This document shows, one piece after another, positions 29,728 to 39,224 of a stretch of 64,000 nucleotides of DNA. The first letter of the stretch is position 1. Every line of letters starts with the position of its first letter. The position numbers and the translations under genes are program-made. Source of the stretch: an uncultured Candidatus Binatia bacterium (GTDB lineage Bacteria; Desulfobacterota; Binatia; UBA9968; CAXXLF01); contig OZ244621.1 in the NCBI GenBank assembly GCA_965218425.1, positions 3,328,001 to 3,392,000 on the forward strand. The letters are read 5' to 3'. The notes under the pieces were generated by a model, which did no database searches, was not told where the DNA came from, and saw nothing but the letters and a program-made list of their open reading frames with translations.

Positions 29728-31077
29728 ATGCGTTTCACCCCTCACACGGATTCAGACAAGGAGCATCTGCTCGAGGCCATTGGCCTAAGCGGGATTGAAG
29801 GACTGTTTAATCACATCCCGCAAAGCCTTAGAGAACAGGCGAGCATCTCTCTGCCTTCGGGCCTGAGCGAGGTGCAAGTAAAAAATAGGATGACCGCCCT
29901 CGCTGCTCGCAATAGCACACCCGGAGATTGGAGTTTTTTTCTTGGCGGCGGTATTTACCACCACGCGATTCCGAGCACGGTGGACGCTGTCATTTCACGG
30001 GGGGAATTCGCAACGGCCTACACCCCCTACCAGCCCGAGGTCAGTCAGGGGACCTTGCAGGCAACCTATGAGTATCAGACCATGATATGTCAACTCACCG
30101 GCATGGAGGTGTCCAACGCTGGATTGTACGACGGTGCCTCAGGGACAGCCGAAGCGGTTCTCATGGCACGGCGAAATCAAAAAAAACGAAATCGGGTTTT
30201 TGTTTCGCGGGCCCTCCATCCACAGTACCGTTTGGTAATCGATACCCACCTAAAGAACCTCGAGGATACTGAAGTGGTTGAAATTCCATTCACCGACACC
30301 GGTGAGACTGACATGGAGTTTTTAACCGAAGAATTGGACCACCGGGCCATCTGTGTGGTGGCGGGCTATCCCAACTTTTTTGGGGCCATCGAGGATCTTG
30401 CCACCATTCGTGAGGCCTGTACCCGACATGGAGTCTTTCTTATCTCGGTGACCACAGAAGCCCTTTCCCTGGCCTTGTTAAAGCCCCCCGGTTTCTGGGG
30501 CGCGGACATTGTGGTGGGTGAAGGGCAGAGCTTGGGACTTCCCATGGGCCTGGGGGGCCCTGGATTTGGTTTTTTTGCCTGTCAGAAAAAGTTCGTGCGC
30601 TCCATGCCAGGAAGGCTGGTGGGTGAAACCGGGGACGCCGATGGGACCCGGGGGTATGTGTTGACCTTGGCCACCAGAGAACAACATATTCGTCGCGAAA
30701 AGGCTACGTCGAACATCTGTACAACCCAGACCCTCTGTACCTTGGCATCAACGGTCTTTATGGCGACCCTGGGAAAAGGAGGGATGCGGCGTCTGGCAGA
30801 GTCTAACGTGGCCCGCGCCCACGAGACCAAAGATCGCTTGGTGAGAGAGGCAAAATTGGTCCTCACCTTCGAAGTTCCTTTCTTCAACGAATTCGTCGTG
30901 ACCGTAAAGGGGTTGACCGAAGTCCTCCAACGATTTGATTCCAAAGGAATCGTTCCCGGTATCCCATTGAAGCCATGGTACCCGGAACTGGAGGAAAGTC
31001 TTCTCGTCTGCGTCACTGAAATGAATGGGAGAGAGGAGATCGATCGACTTGTCGAAACCTTCACGGGAAACAAATAG
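29728..31077 (+). CDS. gcvPA: Glycine dehydrogenase subunit 1
   Basis: TAYTPYQPEVSQG, REQHIRREKATSNIC. Confidence 0.96.
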   Translation: MRFTPHTDSDKEHLLEAIGLSGIEGLFNHIPQSLREQASISLPSGLSEVQVKNRMTALAARNSTPGDWSFFLGGGIYHHAIPSTVDAVISRGEFATAYTPYQPEVSQGTLQATYEYQTMICQLTGMEVSNAGLYDGASGTAEAVLMARRNQKKRNRVFVSRALHPQYRLVIDTHLKNLEDTEVVEIPFTDTGETDMEFLTEELDHRAICVVAGYPNFFGAIEDLATIREACTRHGVFLISVTTEALSLALLKPPGFWGADIVVGEGQSLGLPMGLGGPGFGFFACQKKFVRSMPGRLVGETGDADGTRGYVLTLATREQHIRREKATSNICTTQTLCTLASTVFMATLGKGGMRRLAESNVARAHETKDRLVREAKLVLTFEVPFFNEFVVTVKGLTEVLQRFDSKGIVPGIPLKPWYPELEESLLVCVTEMNGREEIDRLVETFTGNK

Positions 31078-32542
31078 CAGGCGCAGTGCGCCTCCCCTCA
31101 TCTTCGAGAGCGGATCTCCAGGGCGGAGCGGTTATTTTTGGCCCGACGAAAAGAAATCGGATTGGATCCCCTCCCAATTTGTGAGAGACGAGATCGCTGG
31201 GTTTCCTGAGTTGGGGGAGCTTGAAGTGTTGCGCCATTTCACTCGCCTGTCTCATCTCAACTACAGCATCGAGGGCCAGTTCTACCCCCTGGGCTCGTGC
31301 ACCATGAAGTATAATCCGAAAATCAATGAAGTGGTTGCACGCTTACCAGGCCTCTCTCTGTTGCACCCGCTGGCTCCGCCGGCCCTCATCCAAGGGGCCC
31401 TGGAGTTATTGTTTGAGCTGGAGCGAATGCTAGTGGAGATCTCGGGAATGGACCACGTTACCCTGCAGCCGGCGGCGGGGGCACAAGGGGAACTGACGGG
31501 GCTCATGATGATTCGTGCCTATCTCACGGCACAGGGCACGCCACGGAAGAAGATACTTGTGCCAGATACCGCACACGGGACCAACCCGGCAAGTTCCAGC
31601 CTCTGCGGTTACGACGTGGTTCAAATCCCGTCGAACGAACGGGGCATCATCGATGCGGAAAAGGTGAGGGCGGTGATGGACGAGGAAGTGGCGGCGTTGA
31701 TGATCACCAACCCCAACACCTTCGGCATCTTTGAGCAAGATATTCAGGTCATTGCCGAGGTGGTTCATCAGAAGGGCGGCCTGGTTTATATGGATGGGGC
31801 TAACCTCAACGCCATTATGGGTGTTGCAAAACCTGGCCATATGGGAGTGGACGCGCTTCATATGAATCTCCATAAGACCTTTTCCACTCCCCATGGTGGT
31901 GGGGGGCCTGGGGCTGGACCGGTGGGTATCAAGGGAATCCTTCGAGACTTTCTCCCCATTCCGCGAATCAGCAAACGCAGTGAGAGTTACGAGTTGAAGG
32001 AGGACTTTCCTTTATCCATTGGCCGGGTCAGGTCCTTTCTGGGCAACTTTGGAGTGCTCGTGCGTGCTTATACCTATATCATTAGCCTGGGTGCTGATGG
32101 GTTGGAGGAAACGAGCCGGATGGCAGTACTCAATGCCAACTATATCCGCAAACGATTGGAAGATCAGTTTCACCTTCCCTACTCAGAGCCCTGCATGCAC
32201 GAGTGTGTCTTCACGGACCGCCAACAGCAGAAACTCGGGGTTCACACTATGGATATCGCCAAGCGTTTGTTGGATTACGGTTTTCATCCCCCCACCATTT
32301 ATTTCCCCTTGGTGGTGTCCGGGGCCATCATGATCGAGCCCACGGAGACAGAGGCTCCTGAAACCCTGGACAATTTCATTGATGCCATGATCTCCATCGC
32401 GCGTGAGGCGCGGGAGGATGCGGCGTTGGTGAATGCTGCGCCGCATTCCACTCCGGTGCGGCGCCTCGATGAGGCAGGTGCGGCAAGGCGGCTGGTGCTT
32501 CGATGGGATGGGTCAGAGCCAAAAGACAGCGGGGGTAAATAA
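31049..32542 (+). CDS. gcvPB: Glycine dehydrogenase subunit 2
   Basis: YPLGSCTMKYNP, HMNLHKTFSTPHGGGGPG, DIAKRLLDYGFH; TTG start at 31049 after GAGGAG is inferred. Confidence 0.95.
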   Translation: MSKPSRETNSRRSAPPLIFESGSPGRSGYFWPDEKKSDWIPSQFVRDEIAGFPELGELEVLRHFTRLSHLNYSIEGQFYPLGSCTMKYNPKINEVVARLPGLSLLHPLAPPALIQGALELLFELERMLVEISGMDHVTLQPAAGAQGELTGLMMIRAYLTAQGTPRKKILVPDTAHGTNPASSSLCGYDVVQIPSNERGIIDAEKVRAVMDEEVAALMITNPNTFGIFEQDIQVIAEVVHQKGGLVYMDGANLNAIMGVAKPGHMGVDALHMNLHKTFSTPHGGGGPGAGPVGIKGILRDFLPIPRISKRSESYELKEDFPLSIGRVRSFLGNFGVLVRAYTYIISLGADGLEETSRMAVLNANYIRKRLEDQFHLPYSEPCMHECVFTDRQQQKLGVHTMDIAKRLLDYGFHPPTIYFPLVVSGAIMIEPTETEAPETLDNFIDAMISIAREAREDAALVNAAPHSTPVRRLDEAGAARRLVLRWDGSEPKDSGGK

Positions 32543-32580
32543 GGTAGATGGCTGATCCCAAGGGCGGCGGTAAGCGATAT

Positions 32581-33372
32581 CTAAGGCGTATAGCTGTATC
32601 TCAACCGATTATCGTAGTATTCAAAACTGGCACTGATGGCGAGACGTTCCTTTCCGATCCACCGAGGGATTGGATGGAAAGGTGCCGCAGCCTGGATGGC
32701 TCGAATGGCTTCATCATCCAGGATCGGATATCCCGAGGAGCGGAGCAATTGGGCTCCCATCAACGTTCCGTTTTTTTTGATTCTAAATTCCACTACCAAT
32801 CTTCCTTGTATCCCTTGACTTAAGGCTGGTGGTGGATACTCCCACACCAGCTCAATATCCCGTTTCACGCTCGCAAGGTAAGAGATGTAGTTCGGATCTG
32901 TGCTGTCTAACCGAATCACTTCCTCATCCACGTCGGCGCCGTTACGTGACGGCGCCATTGCCATAGAGGGGAGAAGCTCCTTCAGAGAGGGAAGAGGACG
33001 TTGGACGATGGATCGTTCTGGCTTTTTGGGGCGCGAAGCTTTCTTGGATTTTTCGGGTTGAAATCTGAACCCCTTTGGTGGGGTTGGTTTGCCAACCTTT
33101 GGGGCGGGCGATTTTGCTGCGAACTTCTTGGTTTTCGGCAGGGCCCTTCGCCCGGGATTAGTGCGTTTGCTTAACCTGCTGTCTTGTGCCGGTTTTATCG
33201 GCTTTTCTTTCTTGATGACTTCCTTCTTTTCCGGCAAGGGCAAGAAGCTTACCGGGATCGGCAAGGGTTTCTGCTCTAATTTCGGCGAGTTAGACCGTAT
33301 AGGCAAAAGCGCAAGGTGCAGGCTTAGAGAGATGAGAAAGAAGGGGACTATGTTAAATCTTTGGGCACGCAC
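32581..33372 (-). CDS. TonB family energy transducer
   Basis: N-terminal anchor SLSLHLA, Pro/Lys-rich linker, YPPPA...SSGYPILDDEAIRAI. Confidence 0.88.
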   Translation of the reverse strand: MRAQRFNIVPFFLISLSLHLALLPIRSNSPKLEQKPLPIPVSFLPLPEKKEVIKKEKPIKPAQDSRLSKRTNPGRRALPKTKKFAAKSPAPKVGKPTPPKGFRFQPEKSKKASRPKKPERSIVQRPLPSLKELLPSMAMAPSRNGADVDEEVIRLDSTDPNYISYLASVKRDIELVWEYPPPALSQGIQGRLVVEFRIKKNGTLMGAQLLRSSGYPILDDEAIRAIQAAAPFHPIPRWIGKERLAISASFEYYDNRLRYSYTP

Positions 33373-33498
33373 AGATCAATCTTATCGTATCGTTAGTCTA
33401 CCGGGCAAGTGATGGGTTGGATGGATTCCAAGGGCGAAACAGACTCAGTTTGCATATGGGGAAGGCAATAAGATAAGATTGCTTCGAGTTGTGATACT

Positions 33499-33708
33499 AT
33501 GTTTGGCTTTGGTGTTTGGGAACTAGTCATCATTCTGGTAATCATCGTTATCCTCTTTAGCCGTAAGCTCCCTGAGATTGGTGAGGGCCTCGGCAAGGGG
33601 ATCCGTGGCTTTCGGAAATCCATCAAGCAATCCGATGAAATCGATGTAACGCCGGATGGTGAGCAGGAAAAAGCGGACAAAGAGAAAGGAGACAAAGAAT
33701 CCCCTTAA
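33499..33708 (+). CDS. tatA: Twin-arginine translocase TatA/E
   Basis: MFGFGVWELVIILVIIVILF..KLPEIGEGLGKGIRGFRK. Confidence 0.93.
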   Translation: MFGFGVWELVIILVIIVILFSRKLPEIGEGLGKGIRGFRKSIKQSDEIDVTPDGEQEKADKEKGDKESP

Positions 33709-35219
33709 GCCTCTCCCTTTGTGGTCAAGACGCGGCAGCTAAAGGACTTAATATCCTTGGCGGGCTTGAGAAAGACGATGGTAAAAGCCGCGGACCCATC
33801 CGGTGCAATCTCAAATCTTTTTTGCGGTTTTAATCGTTGCAGGATGGCAATTTCCCGTACCGTCATGTCTCGAATGATTTTTGATGAGATGGGATTACCC
33901 ACGGAAATGGTCTGGCGTCCAACTTGCTTTCCCGCCGCGGTATGAATCAAACCCTCCAGGCGAATCTCTCTTACACTTACCGGGTTGCGGTTTGAGATCT
34001 TTCCTGTGACCACAAAAACCTGCCGACCGCCGAGGATTTTTTGAAAGCCGGAGCGTAAGGATTCCAGTACGATACCCTGTCGAAGGTGGCTGTTCTTGAA
34101 GATCACAGGGCCGAACCAGGGAATGGATTTGAGATAAGCCTCCAACCTTGCCGGTTGGGCTTGGTAGACAAGGGTCAGCAATGAAAACGTCAGCAGGAGA
34201 ATACCAAAAAGACTTATGTATGGGATCACCGATATAAGTCCACCCATGCGGGTTTCCTGAGTAGCGATAGGAGGTCGCCTCCTTTCCACGTACGGTTGGG
34301 GACTCGGACCAGTGTCTCCAGGGCCGGGAGATAAGGCGAGGTCTTTTTTCTTTACACCGAAGGTCTTGCCTTTGTACTCTCTCACGTTGGACTTTGTCAA
34401 TTGCGGTGCTATTTCCGCTTCATTACCTTGCGCGGGAGAGTTTTTTCTCCTGCTGGGCGATTCCCGCTCCAAACCGAACGGATCCATATCCATGGGATTC
34501 ACCGCGGTGGGTTCTTCTTGCTCAGCGGGTTCCTCGGCTCGAGTGACAAAATTCTCCTCGTTTTTGATTTCCGGTTCAGGGTCCTGGGTGTGATTATCCT
34601 CGCGCTGGGTTAGAGTTTCCTGATTTTGGGCGAAGAATTCGTGGGGAGAAAGAGGCTCATCCTTTACTGATAAAGTTTCTTCGCTTTGCGTGACGGATTC
34701 CTGACTCTCTGAGAGGGAATCATCGTTATAGGCGGCGGTATCCTGAGGTTCCATTGGAAAGTCCAGGCTTCGGTTTAAGGCCTTTGGATCTTGGGCTGGG
34801 GGTTCTTGGCTTTCGTTGTGAGGATCTTGACTCTGAAGAGCAGATTCTTGGCTTGGAGCGAAGGGGTCCGGCCCCTGGGCAAACGGGTCGTCGTTCAAGG
34901 ACGGTTCGGATTCCGATGATTGTGATTCCATAGGTTGCTTTGGGGCCGACTCCGTTTTTTCTCGAGAGAAAAATACGTCGTTCTCGTTTTCCTTTCCCGT
35001 GGCCTCGGTGGAGGAGGGAAAGGGTAAGCTCGGCTCCTCACCCTTTTTTTCCAGTGTGGTTTGGATCGAGGCGTTGTCGGGTTCGTCGGCTATATTTGAT
35101 TTCAAATCCAGGGCGAAGATGAGCTTGCAGCGAGAGCAGCGAAAGATAGGCTTGCTGCTGTCGATCAAGTTATCGCCAACGCGATACGTGGTATAGCAAC
35201 CGGGGCATTTGACAAGCAT
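33705..35219 (-). CDS. Zinc-ribbon plus DUF3426-like membrane-anchored protein
   Basis: CPGC...RCSRC, long acidic linker, one transmembrane helix, C-terminal VVTGKISN...FTIVF beta domain. Confidence 0.8.
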   Translation of the reverse strand: MLVKCPGCYTTYRVGDNLIDSSKPIFRCSRCKLIFALDLKSNIADEPDNASIQTTLEKKGEEPSLPFPSSTEATGKENENDVFFSREKTESAPKQPMESQSSESEPSLNDDPFAQGPDPFAPSQESALQSQDPHNESQEPPAQDPKALNRSLDFPMEPQDTAAYNDDSLSESQESVTQSEETLSVKDEPLSPHEFFAQNQETLTQREDNHTQDPEPEIKNEENFVTRAEEPAEQEEPTAVNPMDMDPFGLERESPSRRKNSPAQGNEAEIAPQLTKSNVREYKGKTFGVKKKDLALSPGPGDTGPSPQPYVERRRPPIATQETRMGGLISVIPYISLFGILLLTFSLLTLVYQAQPARLEAYLKSIPWFGPVIFKNSHLRQGIVLESLRSGFQKILGGRQVFVVTGKISNRNPVSVREIRLEGLIHTAAGKQVGRQTISVGNPISSKIIRDMTVREIAILQRLKPQKRFEIAPDGSAAFTIVFLKPAKDIKSFSCRVLTTKGEA

Positions 35220-35490
35220 ATCTTTATTCAGCGTGTGCGGGGAATACGCCGCTCAATCAAAAAGTTAAACCACTACTATTCATATTCTATCATGATCAGT
35301 TGAGCGGTCTCAATGATTTTTCCTGGCATTATCAGGCTCAAAATCACGGTTCCTAGCAGCCGACTCAAAACTCTGGACATTGACCGGATACCCACCGCGC
35401 CCCACGGAACATCGTAGTTCCATGGCTGCCAGATATCTAAACCTCCCGATGCCAAATAGTTAGGTTGTCGATAGGATGGAACGATAGAGG

Positions 35491-36492
35491 TCAAATGGAG
35501 AATTGAAGATCTCCGACCTTCATTTTCTCTTGCCAGCCAATCCACAGATTGGTGGTAAGGTATTTCCCTCCGAAGTCGGGAAAAACCGTGACTAGGGTGC
35601 CAGAGCGGAGTTTTTTTGCTATTTGCAGGGTCACGTGCAGGGCGGCACCGGATGACTGTCCCACCAGCACACCCTCCTCTTGATTGATGCGATAGACCAT
35701 CGTGTAGGCGTCCTCCGTGGACACGGGTATCTTCGCATCCAGTTTCTCTTCGTGATAGATCCCTGGAACGATGGAGCTGGCCATGTGTTTTAGACCTTCC
35801 AGTCCATGGAGCGCATCGTCGGGTTCGACTGCGACGATTCGGATCTTTGGGTTTTGTTCCTTCAGATATCGGCCGGTTCCCATGATGGTCCCTCCGGTAC
35901 CGATACCTGCTATGAAGTGGGTGATGTCACCGTAGGTCTGGCGAAAGATTTCCGGTCCAGTGGTTTCATAATGGGCTAGGCTGTTCATGGAGTTAAAATA
36001 CTGGTCTGGCTTGAAGTATTTGTCCGGGTTTTTCTTGATGATCTCTCGACAGAGAAGGATCGCGCCGTCGGATCCCTCCATGGGGTCGCTGTAAATGACC
36101 TTTGCTCCGTAGGCCGCCAGTATCCGCTTGCGCTCGACGCTTACGTTTTCGGGAATGGCCAACTCCACGGGGTACTGCATCGCCCTGCCGAGCATGGCCA
36201 ACGCAATCCCGGTATTGCCGGAACTGGACTCGATGATGGTCTTACCCTTTTTCAGTTTCCCGGACTTGATCCCCTCCTGAACCATCCTGAGGGCAGGGCG
36301 GTCTTTTACGGAACTACCCGGATTGAAGCCTTCCAACTTGGCAAAGATCCGAACCCCCCGAGGAAGTCCACTGGTAATCTTCCGAATTTCTAATAGCGGT
36401 GTCTCTCCAATGAGATCCACTACAGACTCAACCTTTCGTAGCTCGGTGAATCCTGCGGAGACCTCGGCGAGACGGGGGATGGGTTTTAACAT
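35491..36492 (-). CDS. cysM: Cysteine synthase, CysM/O-phosphoserine sulfhydrylase-like
   Basis: KLEGFNPGSSVKDR, SSGNTG, GTGGT, EGLKHM, GQSSGA. Confidence 0.9.
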   Translation of the reverse strand: MLKPIPRLAEVSAGFTELRKVESVVDLIGETPLLEIRKITSGLPRGVRIFAKLEGFNPGSSVKDRPALRMVQEGIKSGKLKKGKTIIESSSGNTGIALAMLGRAMQYPVELAIPENVSVERKRILAAYGAKVIYSDPMEGSDGAILLCREIIKKNPDKYFKPDQYFNSMNSLAHYETTGPEIFRQTYGDITHFIAGIGTGGTIMGTGRYLKEQNPKIRIVAVEPDDALHGLEGLKHMASSIVPGIYHEEKLDAKIPVSTEDAYTMVYRINQEEGVLVGQSSGAALHVTLQIAKKLRSGTLVTVFPDFGGKYLTTNLWIGWQEKMKVGDLQFSI

Positions 36493-36510
36493 ATCGAAAA
36501 GGAAAAGGAG

Positions 36511-36795
36511 TCAGCGCCCGCCAGCAATGGCAGGGACGATGGAAATACTGTCACCGTTGTTGACCGATGTGTCCAGATTTTGGAGGAATCGAATATCATC
36601 CCCGTTCACATACACATTGACAAATCTACGAATTTTGCCTGATTCGTCGCAGATTCTTTCTTTAATTCCAGGATAGTTCTTCTCCAGATCGTCCACAAGG
36701 GCCTTAACGGTATCGCCAGCGGCCTCCACCTCGTCGGCTCCTTTTGTGTATTTCCTAAGGGGAGTCGGTACCCGAACTCGCGTGTTCATTATCAT
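36511..36795 (-). CDS. MoaD/ThiS/CysO family sulfur-carrier protein
   Basis: VRVPTPLR, RRFVNVYVNGDDIRFL, SIVPAIAGG plus a terminal R. Confidence 0.92.
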   Translation of the reverse strand: MIMNTRVRVPTPLRKYTKGADEVEAAGDTVKALVDDLEKNYPGIKERICDESGKIRRFVNVYVNGDDIRFLQNLDTSVNNGDSISIVPAIAGGR

Positions 36796-36929
36796 ACCTC
36801 CTTGATAAATATAACGTTATTTTTATATAAACCTTCCAATCCCTTCTTTCAAGGTGCCGAATCCGACGGCTGCTACAGCCGCCTTTGGGCGTAAGCCCCG
36901 CCGGCCCAAAGTTCCAATTTAATGAATCC

Positions 36930-38174
36930 TTAGCCCTGGACGGCCTTTACTTTTTCCACGCCGGAATTGTTGAGTTCACGGTAGAGTTCATGGAATTTCC
37001 TAATATCGGCATCGATGCAGATTGGAGGTTGGACGCCCTTGGCCAGCACTTCCAAAGTCTTGTACCCGTTGCCGGTAATACTGATAACGATGGACTCGTC
37101 CCTTGGGGTCCTTCCCTGCTCAATGAGTTTCTTGGTTACGGCCACCTCGGTACCGCCGGCTGGTTCTGTAGAAATTCCCTCCGTTGTCGCCCGGAGTCGT
37201 ATCCCTTTGAGGATCTCATCATTTGTTACGCTCTCTCCCCAGCCCCCGGACTCCCGTATGGCCTTTACGACATAGTACCCGTCCGCCGGGTCACCGATGG
37301 CTATGGACGAAGCAATGGTGTCGGGTTTTACGGGAGTAATGAGATCGATTCCACTCTTCAGGGCTTGGACGATGGGGGGCGCGGCCGGTTGCCTGAGCTG
37401 CATAGATCTTGCACTGGCCATCTTGAACGAGACCCGGCTGTTTGAGTTCTTCGGAGGCCCTTGCCCCCTGCGGAGGCAACCACGATATTTTCGGGGAGCT
37501 TTCAGCCCAACTGTTCCGCGATTTCAAAGCCGTGTGTTTTTGCCCCTTCGGCATAGTAGGGCCTTAGGTTAACGTTGATGAGGCCCAAGCGTATTTGTCG
37601 CCAATTTCGCTCAGAGTCGGTTGACGTCGTCGTCGTTGCCTTTGATTGAAACGGTGTGGGGGCCATAGATTTGAGAGCCAATGATCTTTCCCTGTTCCAA
37701 GCCTTCAGGGATGAAGACGTAGCAGTTCAATCCGACCTTTGCGGCATGGGCGGCTACGGAATTGGTCAGGTTCCCCGTGGAGGCACAAGACACCGTGTCA
37801 TAACCAAATTCCATTGCCTTGGCGATGGCGACCGATACCACGCGGTCCTTGTAGGAGAAGGTGGGATGGTTGACCGAATCGTCTTTGAAATAGAGTTCCT
37901 TCACGCCGAGTGATTCGCCTAATCTGTGAGCTTGAACCAGAGGAGTGTAACCGGAGTAGAGCCCCACCGGGGGCTCCCCATTTATGGGCAAGAGTTCCCG
38001 ATAGCGCCAGAGGCTGTTGGCACGCGAGGATATCTTATGCCGGTTGAGGTTTTTTTGATCTCAAGGTAGTCGTAAACGACTTCTAGGGGACCAAAGCAGT
38101 CTTCACACACGTGGATGGGGGCCGTCGAATTCTCGACGACATTCTTTACACTTCAATCCCAGTACATAACCCAT
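36930..38174 (-). pseudogene. Threonine synthase-like PLP enzyme pseudogene
   Basis: Fragments in different frames: MGYVLGLKCKEC / HVCEDCFGPLEVVYDY / SLWRYRELLP...NHPTFSYKDR...CASTGNL / NLRPYYAEGAKT / PDTIASSIAIGDPADG...TEPAGG...ITGNGYKT; several frameshifts and stops. Confidence 0.88.
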
Positions 38175-38192
38175 GGACAATGCTCCTTAAAA

Positions 38193-38987
38193 TCAAAGGC
38201 CGGCCTTGGCTCTCCTCGAGGTAATTTTCTCCCCTCCACAGGCCTTGCAATGGGGGTCTTGCCGCACCGGGATGGTTCTGAAGCTCATTTGTTTGCCATC
38301 AAAGGTAAGCAAACGGTTCACCAAGAGATCCTCTTCCATACCGAGAAAAAATTTAATGGCCTCAGTGGCCTGTATGGAGCCTATGGTTCCTCCGATGGCG
38401 CCGAGGATTCCCATCTGTTGGCATCCTAGGATTTCGCCTGGGGGAGGGGACTCTTTAAAAAAGCAGCGGTAACAAGCGCTTTTGCCAGGTACCACGGTCA
38501 TGGTTTGGCCCTGAAATCGCATGATACCGGCATGGGAAAAGGCTTTCCCCAATGCCAGGGCCGTGTCGTTGACGAGAAATTTAGTGTCAAAATTGTCACT
38601 GCCGTCGATGATGAAATCATAGTCCTTGATGATCTGCGCCGCGTTTTCTTCCATCAGCCGTACCGGATAGGGACGGATATCGACTTCCGGGTTCAAGCCA
38701 TGGAGTTGATCTCTAGCTGAGTCCACCTTCTTTCTGCCCAGGTCTTTTGCAGAGTGAAGAATCTGCCGTTGCAGATTGGAAATCTCCACCTGATCACTAT
38801 CAACGATCCCCAAGGTTCCTACCCCGGCCGCCGCTAAGTAAAAGGCCGCAGGGCAGCCCAATCCCCCGGCTCCGACCACTAGGACTTTGCGCTGGAGCAG
38901 GCGGATTTGCCCCTTTCCTCCCAGATCTGGGATTAGGATCTGGCGGCTGTATCGCTCGATCTGTTCTGGTGTGAGCCGAATCGTCAT
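38193..38987 (-). CDS. MoeB/ThiF family adenylyltransferase (no rhodanese domain)
   Basis: RYSRQ, VVGAGGLG, SNLQRQ, DGSDNF, CYRC, CKAC; ATG at 38987. Confidence 0.92.
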   Translation of the reverse strand: MTIRLTPEQIERYSRQILIPDLGGKGQIRLLQRKVLVVGAGGLGCPAAFYLAAAGVGTLGIVDSDQVEISNLQRQILHSAKDLGRKKVDSARDQLHGLNPEVDIRPYPVRLMEENAAQIIKDYDFIIDGSDNFDTKFLVNDTALALGKAFSHAGIMRFQGQTMTVVPGKSACYRCFFKESPPPGEILGCQQMGILGAIGGTIGSIQATEAIKFFLGMEEDLLVNRLLTFDGKQMSFRTIPVRQDPHCKACGGEKITSRRAKAGL

Positions 38988-39002
38988 TGCCTTACAAACT
39001 CC

Positions 39003-39036
39003 AAAAAAAACCCCTTCCCGGATAAGAAGAGGTTTT
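39003..39036 (-). terminator. Intrinsic terminator of the SAM riboswitch expression platform
   Basis: Minus strand AAAACCTCTTCTT-ATCC-GGGAAGGGG-T8; contains CTTATC, which can pair with the aptamer's GATAAG as an antiterminator. Confidence 0.85.
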
Positions 39037-39042
39037 CGCCTC

Positions 39043-39170
39043 ACCTTATCTGCCCCCTCGGTTTTTTGCTGGTCCTAAGGGGTGGGATTTAGCACCGTAG
39101 TCCCATCTCATCGATGGAACGGGTTGCTGTGGTTTCAACGGGCCAGTCCCTCAACCACTCTTGATAAGGT
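39043..39170 (-). promoter_or_regulatory. SAM-I (S-box) riboswitch
   Basis: Minus strand ACCTTATCAAGAG..GAGGGACTGGCCC..GAAACC..GCAACC...GGTGCTAAATCC...GATAAGGT. Confidence 0.95.
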
Positions 39171-39190
39171 ATGAACCTATTGTGGCGGTT

Positions 39191-39219
39191 AAAGTAGCCT
39201 ACTACCGACACCCTGTCAA
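39191..39219 (-). promoter_or_regulatory. Sigma70 promoter upstream of the SAM riboswitch
   Basis: TTGACA-17 bp-TACTTT on the minus strand. Confidence 0.7.
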
Positions 39220-39224
39220 GGCGG

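Noticed and set aside
35276..35545. Mec/JAMM protease remnant downstream of cysM
   Set aside because: I found no HSH/JAMM motif in this interval.
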